A stretch of DNA of 61,490 bases, the filler included. It is 7 parts of 7 records of this genome, joined end to end, with 100 filler letters (N's around TTAATTAATTAA, not from the genome) between each part and the next. Parts side by side here need not be neighbours in the genome. Positions count along the whole stretch, not along the records: positions 26,347 to 35,500 come from SRR31156797_15908; positions 35,601 to 44,061 come from SRR31156797_15918; 5 more parts are not named here. The stretch is one strand, 5' to 3'. Of this stretch, positions 28,562 through 39,656 are shown one piece after another; position 1 is the stretch's first letter, and each line of letters opens with the position of its first letter. Both the position numbers and the translations under genes were made by a program. The notes under the pieces are model-generated. The model searched no databases and was not told where the DNA came from. It worked only from the letters and a program-made list of their open reading frames with translations.

Positions 28562-30328
28562 TTGGAAATCAAGAGGAAATTCATCTCAGCTGCTTTTATC
28601 CTGGTCATTGCATTTTTACTCTACCATTGCGCCAACCCGGTTTCCCCGACAGGAGGACCCCAGGATGTAACAACACCCGGCGTGGTTTCCAGCTCACCCG
28701 AAAACAATTCAATACATTTTGATAAAACAAGGATCACCATCACTTTTGATGAATTTGTAAAACTCAAAAACCCAAACCAGCAGGTACTCATCTCACCACC
28801 CCTGCAGAAAAAACCGGAATACAAACTTCGCGGCAAATCCCTTATCATCGACCTGAATGAGGACCTTTTGCCCAACACCACATACACCATCTTTTTTGGA
28901 AATGCCATTGTTGACATCACCGAGGAGAACCCACTGTCGAACTATCTGTACGCCTTTTCTACCGGCAAATACATCGACACGCTGGCTATTGGGGGCGAGG
29001 TGGTGAATGCGTTCGACCTGCAACCCCGGGAAGAGATTTTTGTAATGCTATTCCCGTCAGCTAATGATACCATCCCGGATGATTCCATACCTATGCTCAC
29101 AAGGCCATTGTATGTGGCAAAAACGGACATCAACGGACAGTTTCAACTGCGGAATCTGCGTAACCAGGAATACGCCCTGTTTGCACTTAGCGACGTAAAC
29201 AACAATTACATGTTTGACCTGCCTAATGAAGAAATTGCCTTCCTGGACTCACTCATAAGCCCTGAGGTTCTGGAGCCTCCGAAGCCGGACAGTGCAATGA
29301 TAAATGATTCCACCATTTTCCTGGAAGACAGTACACATGTTGATACGGTTGTCCTCCAGGAAATGTACGACAGGTATTATCAGATTTTTATGTTCCTGCA
29401 GGTGGATACCATTCAACGGTTGTTGGATGAGCAGGTATTTTGGCCACCAAAATTCAGGCTCAATTTTGCTTTTCCCACCGTTGAACCAAAATACACCGTG
29501 ATTAACCAGGAACCCGGAAAAGACTGGACCATTGAATTTCTAAACAAAGACAGGGATACACTGGATGTGTGGATAAAAGATGTGGCTCTTGACAGCCTTG
29601 AAATGAGTGTTGCCGATGGCGACAGCATCCTGGATACGTTGCTGATCTCTTTTGGAAAAGTGAAGGAAGATATTGAACAGCGCCAAAACCGAAAAAACAA
29701 ACCGGATGAAGTGGAAGTGGTACAACGTATCGGCGTAAGAACCAACACCAAAGGAAGTCGTATGGATTTGGGCAGGCCTTTCAGGCTAATTGCCGCCAAC
29801 CCTTTGCAATCGTGGGATTTCACCACCACAATGTTTGTGGCCGGAGAGGATACCATGACCGGCGCACCTTTTAAGCGGGCCGATAGTATAGGCAGGATTT
29901 TTGAGCTTGATTTCCAACTCGAGGAAGCCACTCGGTATGAGTTTATCATTCCTGATTCATCCCTATTCAATATTTACAACCTGACCAATGATTCACTCCA
30001 GGCAATCTTTACTACGGCAGAAATCAGGGATTATGGCAACCTGATCATTGACCTCAACTTTCAGGAATATCCTTACATCATTCAGCTGCTCGACCCAAAG
30101 GACAGGATCATCAAAACAAAATACGTAACCGAACCTCAGGTTATGAATTTCGAATACCTGGCTCCGGGAGGTTACCTGATAAAGGCAATCCAGGATAAAT
30201 GGCAAAATAAAAATTGGGATACAGGTATATATATTGAAAAACGACAGCCGGAAAAAGTCTTTTATTTTCCGGCTGAAATTGAGGTCAGGGCCAACTGGGA
30301 TATCGAAGAAACCTGGACCCTGCCGTAA
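28562..30328 (+). CDS. Bacteroidota lipoprotein with N-terminal Ig-like (Big_5) domain
   Basis: Lipobox-like 'LYHC' then 'ANPVSPTGGPQD..P', 'ITFDEFV', 'PNTTYTIFFGNAIVDITEEN'; C-terminal 'WDTG...QPE...VRANW'. Confidence 0.82.
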   Translation: MEIKRKFISAAFILVIAFLLYHCANPVSPTGGPQDVTTPGVVSSSPENNSIHFDKTRITITFDEFVKLKNPNQQVLISPPLQKKPEYKLRGKSLIIDLNEDLLPNTTYTIFFGNAIVDITEENPLSNYLYAFSTGKYIDTLAIGGEVVNAFDLQPREEIFVMLFPSANDTIPDDSIPMLTRPLYVAKTDINGQFQLRNLRNQEYALFALSDVNNNYMFDLPNEEIAFLDSLISPEVLEPPKPDSAMINDSTIFLEDSTHVDTVVLQEMYDRYYQIFMFLQVDTIQRLLDEQVFWPPKFRLNFAFPTVEPKYTVINQEPGKDWTIEFLNKDRDTLDVWIKDVALDSLEMSVADGDSILDTLLISFGKVKEDIEQRQNRKNKPDEVEVVQRIGVRTNTKGSRMDLGRPFRLIAANPLQSWDFTTTMFVAGEDTMTGAPFKRADSIGRIFELDFQLEEATRYEFIIPDSSLFNIYNLTNDSLQAIFTTAEIRDYGNLIIDLNFQEYPYIIQLLDPKDRIIKTKYVTEPQVMNFEYLAPGGYLIKAIQDKWQNKNWDTGIYIEKRQPEKVFYFPAEIEVRANWDIEETWTLP

Positions 30329-30365
30329 GTGTTTTTTTGATTATAGCATTTATTAAAAGCAGCTT

Positions 30366-30665
30366 TTAACTATCGTTGCAGCGGTTGATACAATCTATAA
30401 TCTCTGTAAGTGTTTGATTCTTTAGTGAGTAGAAAATTTTCTTACCTCTGCGCTTCGAGGCCAAAACACCTTTACTTTTTAAAATATTCAGATGGTGAGA
30501 GGCTGATGCCTGCTCAATACTTAAGCGCTCATAAATTTCGGTTACGCTCAATTCCTTATCATGGAGAAGGTCAATAACTGCGATACGCATTGGGTGCGCA
30601 ATGGCTCTAAGTTTACTGGCAGCAGCTTCCAGTTTCTCGATGTCGAGTTTTAATTTCTTTCCCAT
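30366..30665 (-). CDS. ArsR/SmtB family transcriptional regulator
   Basis: 'LRAIAHPMRIAVI', 'SVTEI', 'QASASHHL', 'RRGKKIFYSL', C-terminal CINRC; start set at ATG (MGKKL) downstream of a TAATTTTG -7 box. Confidence 0.9.
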   Translation of the reverse strand: MGKKLKLDIEKLEAAASKLRAIAHPMRIAVIDLLHDKELSVTEIYERLSIEQASASHHLNILKSKGVLASKRRGKKIFYSLKNQTLTEIIDCINRCNDS

Positions 30666-30899
30666 ATCTCTAATTATTTTCAGCAAAATTAAAAAAAAAC
30701 TGATATAACAAATAAATAAATATGTTAGTTTATAGATTTTTAATTTCTAAAATAGTTAACACACTGTTTTCCAAACCAAAACATGCAGTCATATAATCTC
30801 AGATTCTCTTCTCAACACCTAAGATTTATTCCTTTTTAGTGTTCAGGGGAACAATGTAGGCTAAAACAGAACAACACACTTCTGGCTATTAAATCCGAA

Positions 30900-32543
30900 C
30901 TAAGCTGTTATAGCCAAATCCGTAAATTGAAACTTTCCACCGTCAAATAAGCCTTCATCGCTTAGCTTTAATTCGGGAATTACCAGCAAAGCCATAAAGG
31001 AAAGGGTCATAAATGGTGCCTTGAGTTTTGAACCCAGTTTTTTGGCCAGTGCATCCATTTTCTCATAATCCCGTGCAACTTTATTTCCGTCGTCTGCCGA
31101 CATGAGTCCCGCCACCGGTAATGGAAGTACATGTTCATCAGTTCCATCAACAACGGCAATTCCGCCACGTGAATCCACCAGATGGTTCACAGCTTTAACA
31201 ATCTCATCATCCGAAGCACCAACAGCAATAATGTTGTGACTGTCGTGGGCTACAGTGGAAGCGATGGCTCCTGATGTGAACCCAAAACCATGTATAAATG
31301 CTACTGCAGGATCAGCCTTTGTATAGCGGTTTAAGACCATCATTTTCAGTATATCACGATCGGTATCTGAAACCATAAGTCCACTTTCAATCCTGGCCTC
31401 TGTAATCAACTTTTCGGTAATGAGTTGGCCATCAAGCGCCTTAATCACCTGTATTTTTTCAGATGCAGCTTGTATGGCAATACCTTCAGCTTTGATTTTT
31501 TCGGCCCTGAAAATATTTGGTTCCGCTTCTCTGACTGTTTCAATCAGCGTTTCACCATTTTTGGCAACAAGTTCTCCCTGAATCCAGGTCTCCAGCACAT
31601 TAAAATCTTTCAGGTTATCAACCACAATAAAATCAGCATCATCACCCGGCTGCAAAATACCAACATCCAGATTATAGTGATCGATCGGGTTGAGGATACA
31701 ACTTTTCAACACAACCAAAGGATCAAAACCTTTGGCAATGGATCGCTTCACCAACTGGTTGATGTGGCCGTTGATGAGGTCGTTGGGGTGCTTATCATCG
31801 GAACAGAATAGCACCTGATCAGGATGGGTATCGAGCAAATCCACCAGTGCATCAAAATTCTTTGCGGCGCTGCCTTCCCTGATCTGGATTTTCATGCCGA
31901 ATTTTATTTTATCCAGAGCCTCCTCCATGGTGAAGCATTCATGATCGGTGCTGATCCCGGCTGCAATATATTTTTGGGCGTCCACCCCTTTCAACCCAGG
32001 GGCATGGCCATCAATGGGCTTGTTGTACTTTTTGGCCACAGCAATTTTTGCCATCACCTCCTTATCATGAAACAAAACCCCCGGGAAATTCATCATCTCC
32101 GACATGTATTTAATTTCAGGAGATTTCAACAACTCCTCAAGCTGTTCAGCGTCAATCTTAGCACCGGAAGATTCGAAACCTGTTGCCGGAACACATGAAG
32201 AAGCTCCAAAATAAAATTTGAAAGGTACCTTTTTTCCATTGCTGATCATATATTTAATGCCATCCAGGCCCAACACATTGGCTATTTCGTGGGGGTCTGA
32301 AACCGTGGCCACCGTTCCGTGCACTGAAGCCAGCCGGGCAAATTCCGATGGTATCAGCATGCTGCTTTCGATGTGTACGTGTGCATCGATTAATCCGGGC
32401 AATATAAACTGATTATCAACATTGTGGGCTGGTTTAACGGACTCAATTTCACCATCTTTAACCGTGACAATTCCCGGGAATATTTTATTGGCTTTCAGAT
32501 CGACAATCTGACCTGAAATTGCAAATTCGTTCTGGTTATTCAT
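30900..32543 (-). CDS. ade: Adenine deaminase
   Basis: 'PGLIDAHVHIESS', 'DPHEIANV', 'EMMNFPGV', 'DGHAP', 'TDHEC', 'REGSAAKN', 'AHDSHN', 'LVIPELKLSD'. Confidence 0.96.
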   Translation of the reverse strand: MNNQNEFAISGQIVDLKANKIFPGIVTVKDGEIESVKPAHNVDNQFILPGLIDAHVHIESSMLIPSEFARLASVHGTVATVSDPHEIANVLGLDGIKYMISNGKKVPFKFYFGASSCVPATGFESSGAKIDAEQLEELLKSPEIKYMSEMMNFPGVLFHDKEVMAKIAVAKKYNKPIDGHAPGLKGVDAQKYIAAGISTDHECFTMEEALDKIKFGMKIQIREGSAAKNFDALVDLLDTHPDQVLFCSDDKHPNDLINGHINQLVKRSIAKGFDPLVVLKSCILNPIDHYNLDVGILQPGDDADFIVVDNLKDFNVLETWIQGELVAKNGETLIETVREAEPNIFRAEKIKAEGIAIQAASEKIQVIKALDGQLITEKLITEARIESGLMVSDTDRDILKMMVLNRYTKADPAVAFIHGFGFTSGAIASTVAHDSHNIIAVGASDDEIVKAVNHLVDSRGGIAVVDGTDEHVLPLPVAGLMSADDGNKVARDYEKMDALAKKLGSKLKAPFMTLSFMALLVIPELKLSDEGLFDGGKFQFTDLAITA

Positions 32544-32658
32544 ATGCTGGATTTTTGATTAATCTTCAAAAGTAAAAATTAAGTGCAAGAATCGAAAAAG
32601 TGCATTGGTAATTTTTATCCGCTTCAGTCCTGCACCAGGAGTAAGCAATGTTCAAAAC

Positions 32659-32696
32659 AAAAAGAGCGCCTCACTCCCACAGGGTTGAGGCGCTTT
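32659..32696 (-). terminator. Intrinsic terminator after mscS
   Basis: AGCGCCTCA/TGAGGCGCT stem; the A-tract on plus gives a U-tail on minus. Confidence 0.75.
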
Positions 32697-32717
32697 GGTA
32701 TGTTAATCTATAGCGGT

Positions 32718-33542
32718 TTAATTTTTCACATGATCAATTAAATGAACATCGCGTTGTGGGAATGGAATGGTAATACCGGCCTTGTCGAGTGCAGCTTTAC
32801 CTTGTTCGAGGGTATCGAAATATACGTCCCAGTAATTAACAGGGTCGCACCAGGGTCGAACGGCGAGGTTTACACTGCTGTCGGCCAGTTCAGAAACAGC
32901 GACCAATGGTTTAGGATCTTTCAGCACCCTGTTGTCGGCCTGCATCATTTCAATCAAAACCTGGCGGGCCTTTTTAATATCCGATTCATAAGCTACACCG
33001 ATCGTGGTATCCACCCTGATTTTTCCCTGTCGGGTGTAATTCACAAGATCACCGTTGGACAATGCTCCATTCGGGATGAATACTGTTTTATTCTCAGGCG
33101 TTAACAGCGTGGTAACAAAAATCTGCATTTCTTTTACAACGCCCAGGTGCCCCTGGGCTTCAACAAGCTCACCAACCTTTATGGGCTTAAAAATAAGGAG
33201 CATTGCACCACCGGCAAAGTTAGCAAGTGTTCCCTGCATGGCCAGGCCCACAGCAAGTCCTGCAGCACCCAACACAGCAATAAACGAAGTGGTGGCAATA
33301 CCTACCATCGATGCTACACTGATAAACAGTATTAATTTGAGGGTCCATCCCAAAAGCGAAAGGAGGAAAGGCCGTAAAGTTTCCTCTATTTTGCTTTTCT
33401 CGAAACCACGCTTTACCCCCCTTGTTATCAGGTTGATGATCCAGATACCAATGAAAAGGGTTACAATGGCCAGTAAAAGTCTTGGGCCATATTCCACAGC
33501 CATATCGTAGACTTTTTGAAGGTAGTGATCTAAATTCTCCAT
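32718..33542 (-). CDS. mscS: Small-conductance mechanosensitive channel
   Basis: 'LGAAGLAVGLAMQGTLANFAGG', 'FKPIKVG', 'IPNG', 'IPFPQRDVH'. Confidence 0.94.
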   Translation of the reverse strand: MENLDHYLQKVYDMAVEYGPRLLLAIVTLFIGIWIINLITRGVKRGFEKSKIEETLRPFLLSLLGWTLKLILFISVASMVGIATTSFIAVLGAAGLAVGLAMQGTLANFAGGAMLLIFKPIKVGELVEAQGHLGVVKEMQIFVTTLLTPENKTVFIPNGALSNGDLVNYTRQGKIRVDTTIGVAYESDIKKARQVLIEMMQADNRVLKDPKPLVAVSELADSSVNLAVRPWCDPVNYWDVYFDTLEQGKAALDKAGITIPFPQRDVHLIDHVKN

Positions 33543-33715
33543 GATAAAATGATTTTAATTAAACATATATTTCCTGTAAGATATTTCACAAAACATCCTG
33601 CGCTTAAAGGGATTGCACCAAATCGAATGAGATTAACCGGTCAAAGAATTCTATAAAAGTATGAAAAAATGTTTTTCATCAATCCTGATCCTATTTCATA
33701 CTTTCATTTTTGTTT

Positions 33716-33723
33716 TACTTTTG
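33716..33723 (+). promoter_or_regulatory. Bacteroidota -7 promoter element of glyQS
   Basis: TACTTTTG matches TAnnTTTG, 4 nt before ATG 33728. Confidence 0.6.
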
Positions 33724-33727
33724 CCGC

Positions 33728-35254
33728 ATGGCAAAAAATGAAGACCTTTTGAAGAAGATCATAGCCCATTCCAAGGAGTATGGGTTTGTGTTTCAATCCA
33801 GTGAGATATACGACGGATTGAGTGCCGTTTACGACTACGGCCAGATGGGTGTTGAACTCAAGAATAACATCAAAGAATACTGGTGGAAAGCCATGGTGCA
33901 ATACCATGAAAACATCGTAGGGCTGGATGCTGCAATTTTTATGCATCCTACCACCTGGAAAGCCTCAGGCCACGTGGACGCATTTAACGATCCGATGATC
34001 GACAATAAAGACTCCAAGAAACGGTACCGTGCAGATGTACTGGTGGAAGACCACATGGCCAAAATCGAAGGTAAAATTGAAAAAGAAATCACCAAAGCCG
34101 CCAAGCGGTTTGGAGACAGTTTCGACCGTGAACAATTCGTAAGCACCAATCCGCGTGTTCAAAAATATATCCAGCAGATTGAGGATATCAAAGCCAGGCT
34201 TTATCCGGCTATGGATAATGAAGACCTTTCAGATATTAAAACCCTGATTGAAGATTTGGAAATCGCCTGCCCGATATCGGGATCGCGCAACTGGACCGAA
34301 GTTCGCCAATTCAACCTGATGTTCGATACGAAAATGGGATCACTCGGCGACAGCGCCAACACCATTTACCTGCGTCCGGAAACGGCCCAGGGTATTTTTG
34401 TGAACTACCTGAATATCCAAAAAACAGGCCGTATGAAAATCCCGTTTGGGATTGCACAGATCGGTAAAGCATTCCGTAACGAGATCGTAGCCCGACAGTT
34501 TATATTCCGTATGCGTGAGTTCGAACAGATGGAGATGCAATTTTTTGTGCGCCCCGGTACCGAGCTCGAATGGTTCAAATTTTGGAAAGAGCAGCGCCTG
34601 AAGTGGCACCTGAGCATGGGTATACCCGAAAAAAACTACCGTTTCCACGAGCACGACAAGCTGGCCCATTACGCCAATGCCGCTTTCGATATTGAGTTTG
34701 ATTTCCCGATGGGCTTCAAAGAGCTGGAAGGTATTCACTCACGTACAGATTTCGACCTGGGTGCACACCAGAAATTCTCCGGTAAAAAACTCACCTATTT
34801 CGATCCTGAAATCAACGAGAGCTATGTGCCTTACGTAGTGGAAACCTCAATCGGCCTGGATCGTACTTTTCTTGCAGTTTTAACTTACGCTTTCCGCGAA
34901 GAAAAACTGGAAGACGGCTCCGAACGCACCATGATGCGCATACCGCCTGTATTGGCTCCGATTAAAGCTGCTGTTCTTCCACTGATCAAAAAAGACGGGC
35001 TGCCTGAAAAAGCGCGCGAAATATTCGATAGCCTCAAGCAGGATTATATGTGCCAGTATGACGAGAAAGATGCCATTGGCCGCCGCTACCGTCGACAGGA
35101 TGCCATTGGTACGCCTTATTGTATTACCGTAGATCATGAGACTTTTGAAGACAATACCGTTACCATCCGTGAGCGCGACTCGATGAAGCAGGACCGCATT
35201 GCCATTGAAGAGATTTCAGGAATTATTTCTAAACGAATCAAGGAAAATCGTTAA
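33728..35254 (+). CDS. glyQS: Glycine--tRNA ligase (homodimeric alpha2 type)
   Basis: 'YDYG', 'WKASGHV', 'FNLMF', 'LRPETAQGIF', 'GKAFRNEI', 'FRMREFEQME', 'IGRRYRRQDAIGTP'; start moved to ATG (MAKNED). Confidence 0.97.
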   Translation: MAKNEDLLKKIIAHSKEYGFVFQSSEIYDGLSAVYDYGQMGVELKNNIKEYWWKAMVQYHENIVGLDAAIFMHPTTWKASGHVDAFNDPMIDNKDSKKRYRADVLVEDHMAKIEGKIEKEITKAAKRFGDSFDREQFVSTNPRVQKYIQQIEDIKARLYPAMDNEDLSDIKTLIEDLEIACPISGSRNWTEVRQFNLMFDTKMGSLGDSANTIYLRPETAQGIFVNYLNIQKTGRMKIPFGIAQIGKAFRNEIVARQFIFRMREFEQMEMQFFVRPGTELEWFKFWKEQRLKWHLSMGIPEKNYRFHEHDKLAHYANAAFDIEFDFPMGFKELEGIHSRTDFDLGAHQKFSGKKLTYFDPEINESYVPYVVETSIGLDRTFLAVLTYAFREEKLEDGSERTMMRIPPVLAPIKAAVLPLIKKDGLPEKAREIFDSLKQDYMCQYDEKDAIGRRYRRQDAIGTPYCITVDHETFEDNTVTIRERDSMKQDRIAIEEISGIISKRIKENR

Positions 35255-35310
35255 TCAAACAGGAAATTAACGATGAATTGAAAAACTATTAACAAATACC
35301 AATTTCCAAT

Positions 35311-35348
35311 AAAACCCCGGTTTGCAAAGCAGGCCGGGGTTTGTTTTT
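35311..35348 (+). terminator. Intrinsic, probably bidirectional, terminator after glyQS
   Basis: CCCCGGTTTGC-AAA-GCAGGCCGGGG stem (two G-U pairs on plus) with T-tail downstream and A-tract upstream. Confidence 0.85.
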
Positions 35349-35349
35349 G

Positions 35350-35464
35350 GTTCCGATATAAATGGCCTGGATCGTGTATGAGATTGTAGAGACGCCCAAA
35401 TTCAGAGCTCCTGACCTGATGTTGGATTTCAAGTAGTTATAACAGTCGGTTCGTGAATTGTGGT
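35350..35464 (-). ncRNA. Bacteroidales-1 / 6S-like RNA candidate
   Basis: Own TAAATTTG -7 box (35469-35476); ACGAACCG..AACUACUUGA..CAUCAGGUCAGGAGCUCUGA.UUUGG..CUACAAUCUCAUACACGA..AGGC resembles, from recollection, the Bacteroidales-1/6S-Flavo motifs; folds as a long hairpin (CCGA/UCGG, UAUAA/UUAUA closing; UCCAA/UUGGG, UCAG/CUGA apical). Confidence 0.7.
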
Positions 35465-35468
35465 GCTG

Positions 35469-35476
35469 CAAATTTA
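35469..35476 (-). promoter_or_regulatory. Bacteroidota -7 promoter element of the ncRNA
   Basis: Minus strand TAAATTTG matches TAnnTTTG. Confidence 0.65.
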
Positions 35477-35500
35477 TAGATTTCTCCTTCCAAAACTCCA

Positions 35501-35600
35501 NNNNNNNNNNNNNNNNNNNNNNNNNNNNNNNNNNNNNNNNNNNNTTAATTAATTAANNNNNNNNNNNNNNNNNNNNNNNNNNNNNNNNNNNNNNNNNNNN
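35501..35600. other. Artificial contig spacer
   Basis: N44-TTAATTAATTAA-N44. Confidence 0.99.
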
Positions 35601-38600
35601 GGTGTTCTTATCTCATGACTCATATTTGCTAAGAAATCAGATTTTGATCTTGTTGCTGCTTCTGCAAGCTCTTTTGCCTCCATTATTTCATTATAATATT
35701 GGGCATTTTTAAGTGCAATTGCTGCTTGAGTAGCAAAAGCAAGAGCAAGTTTTGCCATCTCTTCATCAAAATAAGCCGGTTTGTGAGAATCAAGAGTCAA
35801 CTGCCCGATTATCTCATCATTATAAATAAGCGGAACTCCTAACCAGGATTTGATCTTACTATGCACAGACATATCTCTAAACTCCTTGTAAATAGATACA
35901 TCCGGTACAATCATACTCTCCTTTTTAGTAGTAAGGTCTTCTGCTAAAGTCCCCTCTTCGATTTCAAACTCTAATCCTATAATCTCATCAGCATTATCAA
36001 AACCTTCACAATGAATAATTCTAAATCTATTCTCTATCATATCTTGAATAGAAGCACTATCAAAGTCAATTACTTCTTTTAGTTTAGATAGAAGGTTTTT
36101 CAGAACTTCACTTAATTCCAAAGTTCCTCGTAATGAAAGAGATGCATTATAAAGTGTTTCAACTTGTTTTAGAGCTGTTTTCAGTTTCTCTTCCGCCTGC
36201 TTTCTCTCAGTAATATCTTCAAATGCAACTGCTACTCCTCCACCGGCTTCAGCATCAATTGGAGAGGCACTTGTACTAATCCATACTAGAGATTCATCTG
36301 GTCTATAAACTCCCATCTCTACATTTTTAATTACTCCTTCACCGCTAAGAGCTCTTGAGGCCGGATACTCCTCCACAGGCATAGTTGTGAGATCACTTCG
36401 CACTATATTCCATTCTTGTGACTGCAGTTCTCTCATTCTATGTTCATCTGCTGACACACCTAATATATCTTCTGAGATCACATTTGCTTCTTTGATACCT
36501 CCGGTATCTGAGATCATAACTACACCAACAGGAAGTGCTTCAAATAAAGCTTTCAATTGCTGTTGCGATCTGCTTATCTTCTCCTTAGCATCTCTCATAT
36601 CTGTGATATCAACGAAACTTCCTAATAATGCCTTATCATCTAAGTAATTAATCATTTTTCCTTGGAATAAACACCATCTTTGCTCTTGCGAACTTAAACT
36701 TTTCATTTTTAACTCAATTTGAGTTCCATCTTGAAAAGCTTTTATTAACCTTGGTCTATCTTCATCAGGATTAACATATATATCTTTTATATCTGCAGCA
36801 AGAAGTTCTTCTCTGCTTAATCCCATAAATTCCTCATTTGCTTTATTTATTCTCAAAACTTTTCCTGTTTCAAGATTTGTAATAAATAAAGGAATTGGAA
36901 TTGATTCTAATATATCTTCTAATAATTTTTCTGATTTTTTAGTTTTATCAATATCAAGTGTAAGTCCAGCTACTTTTGTAGCTTTTCCAGCTTCATCCCA
37001 CTCAATTACACGCCCCATATTCATTGTCCAAGTGTAATCTCCATTTTTCTTTTTAATTCTAAATTCAGCTCGATGAAGTACAGTTTTTCCTTCGATATGT
37101 TTATTTAATGACTCCATCGCTGCAGATATATCATCCGGATTTATGGTTTTTAAATAATCTTCCAGTTTTTCAGGAATTTCATTTTCAGCATATCCGTATT
37201 GAGTATAAAATCTCGGAGAATCATAAGTTACTGTTTCTTCAACTAAATCATCAACCCAGTAAAATGCTCCCATTGCTTCGAGAGAAAATCTAAATCTCTC
37301 TTCGTTTTCTCTGATTTTTCTTTCCGCTTCTTTTCTCTCTGTGATATCTCTGAATAAAATAACCGAACCAATCAACTCATCATCTTTTTTCATAGGAACA
37401 CTTGCATACTCTACAGAAAATGCTCTCCCGGCTTTCGTCCATAGCACTTCATCATTAACTCTGTTCTCTTCACCAAAAGTATATGATTTGTACATAGGAC
37501 AATTCTCCAGGTGATACTCACTGCCATCTGCATGGCTATGGTGAATTATAGTGTGAATCTTCTGTCCTAATATCTCTTGATGCATATAGCCAAGCATATC
37601 AAGTGCAGCGGGATTGATAAATGTAACTTCTCCATCTTTATTAACACCAAATATTCCATCACCAACTGAGTTAAGCAGTAAATTAGCTTGTTGTTCTGCA
37701 TCTACTCTGTCAGTAATATCCATTGCCCAGCCACCAACTTCGACAATTTTTCCTTCACTATCTTGAATAGGGAATTTAGTTTCAAGTAAGTATCTTGTAG
37801 CGCCATCTTTTTTGAATTTTACATCTCTTTGAATAATTTTTCCTATTTTTATTATCTCTTGATCATTCTCGTAAAACTCTTTTGCTTTTTTCTGATCATA
37901 TATATCAAATATTGATTTACCTATTAATTCCTCCCGTTTTAGACCACTAAACTCCTCATGTTCTTTGTTTACCATTACATATCGACCCTCGATATCTTTG
38001 ATAAACATTATTGCAGGAGAGGAATCTAATATTCTTTGGAGTCTCATATGATTATTTTCAAGTTCCTCTTTAAGTCTACGACTCTCGGTAACGTCATCTT
38101 TGATAGCTACTAAATTTACTACTCTGCCATCTTCATTTTTTATTGGAGTGATTGATACACTCTCCCAGAACTCTTCTCCATATTTATTTATATTACAAAA
38201 CTCTCCAGACCAATCATCGCCTGCGAGTATTGTTTCCCACATCTGTTTAAAAACCGCTTTATCAGTTTTTCCTGAATTCAAAATCCGAGGATTTTTTCCT
38301 ATTGCTTCGTCATATGTATATCCTGTAATTTTAGTAAATTTTGGATTTACATACTCAATTATTCCATTTACGTCAGTTATTACAACTGTAGCCTGACTTT
38401 GATGTATAGCTTTTGAAAATTTTGCAAGTTCAGCTGTTCTTTTATCAACTAACTGCTCCAGATTATTTTGAAATTCATCAATATCATTTATCCATGTATT
38501 AAATAGTTTTGCTAAATCTCCAAACTCATCTTCACTTGTTAAGTCAATTTTATCTTTTAGGTTCCCTGTATCTTTTATTCTATTTACTGTTTTGCTGATA

Positions 38601-39634
38601 AGTGCTATAGGTAAAATAACAAATCTATTTATCCCTAACATTACGAATAAAATAAAAAGAGTCATGATTGTACCGAATACTAATAAAAATGGAAGCGTAA
38701 TTCTATTAACTTCACCCTGAACACTTGATAAAGGAACTGAATAAAACAGAGTCCAATTTAAACCTGTTGCATCTTTTTTAATTATTAGCACTTCTTGATT
38801 ATTATTATCTCTAATTACTTCAGCATTTTTTAAAGCAGCATTTGTCAAAGTCTGAAACCATTCAGGATTATCAACTTCTCCCGTTAATTGAATCTCATTA
38901 TTATCATCTATTTCAATTACCGAGCTCTGCTGTAAAATCCCCAAAGTCCCTCTGGTATCTTTTGTTACTCCCTTGATATATCTGGTGAAATCATTGATAT
39001 TGATATCAATTCCCAATACACCTAACATCTCTCCATCTTTTCTTACAGATGAAGCTGCGGTTACAAAATAGTTATAAGCTCCTGCACTCATAGCATCTGT
39101 AGCATTATTTGGTGCAGGGTATAGGTCTGTTACAACCAGTTCATTTGGGTTTTCTTTGGCTTTTTTATACCACGGTCTTATTCTCGGATCATAATTAAAA
39201 AGATTCTCTTTTGGTTGGCTAATATCCATAAGAAGAGTATCCATAATAAATGCTCCATTTTCTCGACCGGTATAGACATACTCAATTTGAGGTTTCGCAG
39301 ATTTATAATCCTTAAATATCGAAATTATCCTTTGTTCTGATTCATTAGGACTAAAAACAACTCCTTCATCTTTTGCTTTTAAGAAACTGGTAAATTCAGA
39401 TGCATTTTCAGTATAAAACTCATTATTTGATAATAAAAAAGCAATATCCTGCTTAGTAGTGTTGATAAATTCGTCTAGATAATGATTTATATGCCTTAGC
39501 TCTTTTTCATAACTTACTTCTATATCATTTAAAACTCTCTCCTCAACTAAAGGAGTCAGATAAAACACAAAAATAAGTATTGATATTCCAATACTTATAA
39601 AAAATGTTAATGAAATTTTTTGTGTTAACTTCAC
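35601..39634 (-). CDS. Large sensor histidine kinase: TM-dCache-TM-HAMP-6xPAS-GAF-HisKA (3'-partial)
   Basis: dCache 'YDPRIRPWY', HAMP 'DEFGDLA..FN', six PAS/PAC units ending in DVT/DIT/DIT/DID/DIT/DIT, GAF 'KSWLGVPLI..IIGQL', H-box 'KSDFLANMSHEIRT' at the contig edge; GTG start after GAGGTG. Confidence 0.92.
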
Positions 39635-39656
39635 AGTATCACCTCACATTTTTCAT

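Noticed and set aside
33656..33704. 11-bp inverted repeat AAAGTATGAAA/TTTCATACTTT between mscS and glyQS
   Set aside because: AT-rich with a 27-nt spacer; could reflect divergent promoter-like words; no further support
35289..35471. 60-aa minus-strand ORF
   Set aside because: Its TTG start lies inside the -7 promoter box and it runs through a terminator; better explained as ncRNA
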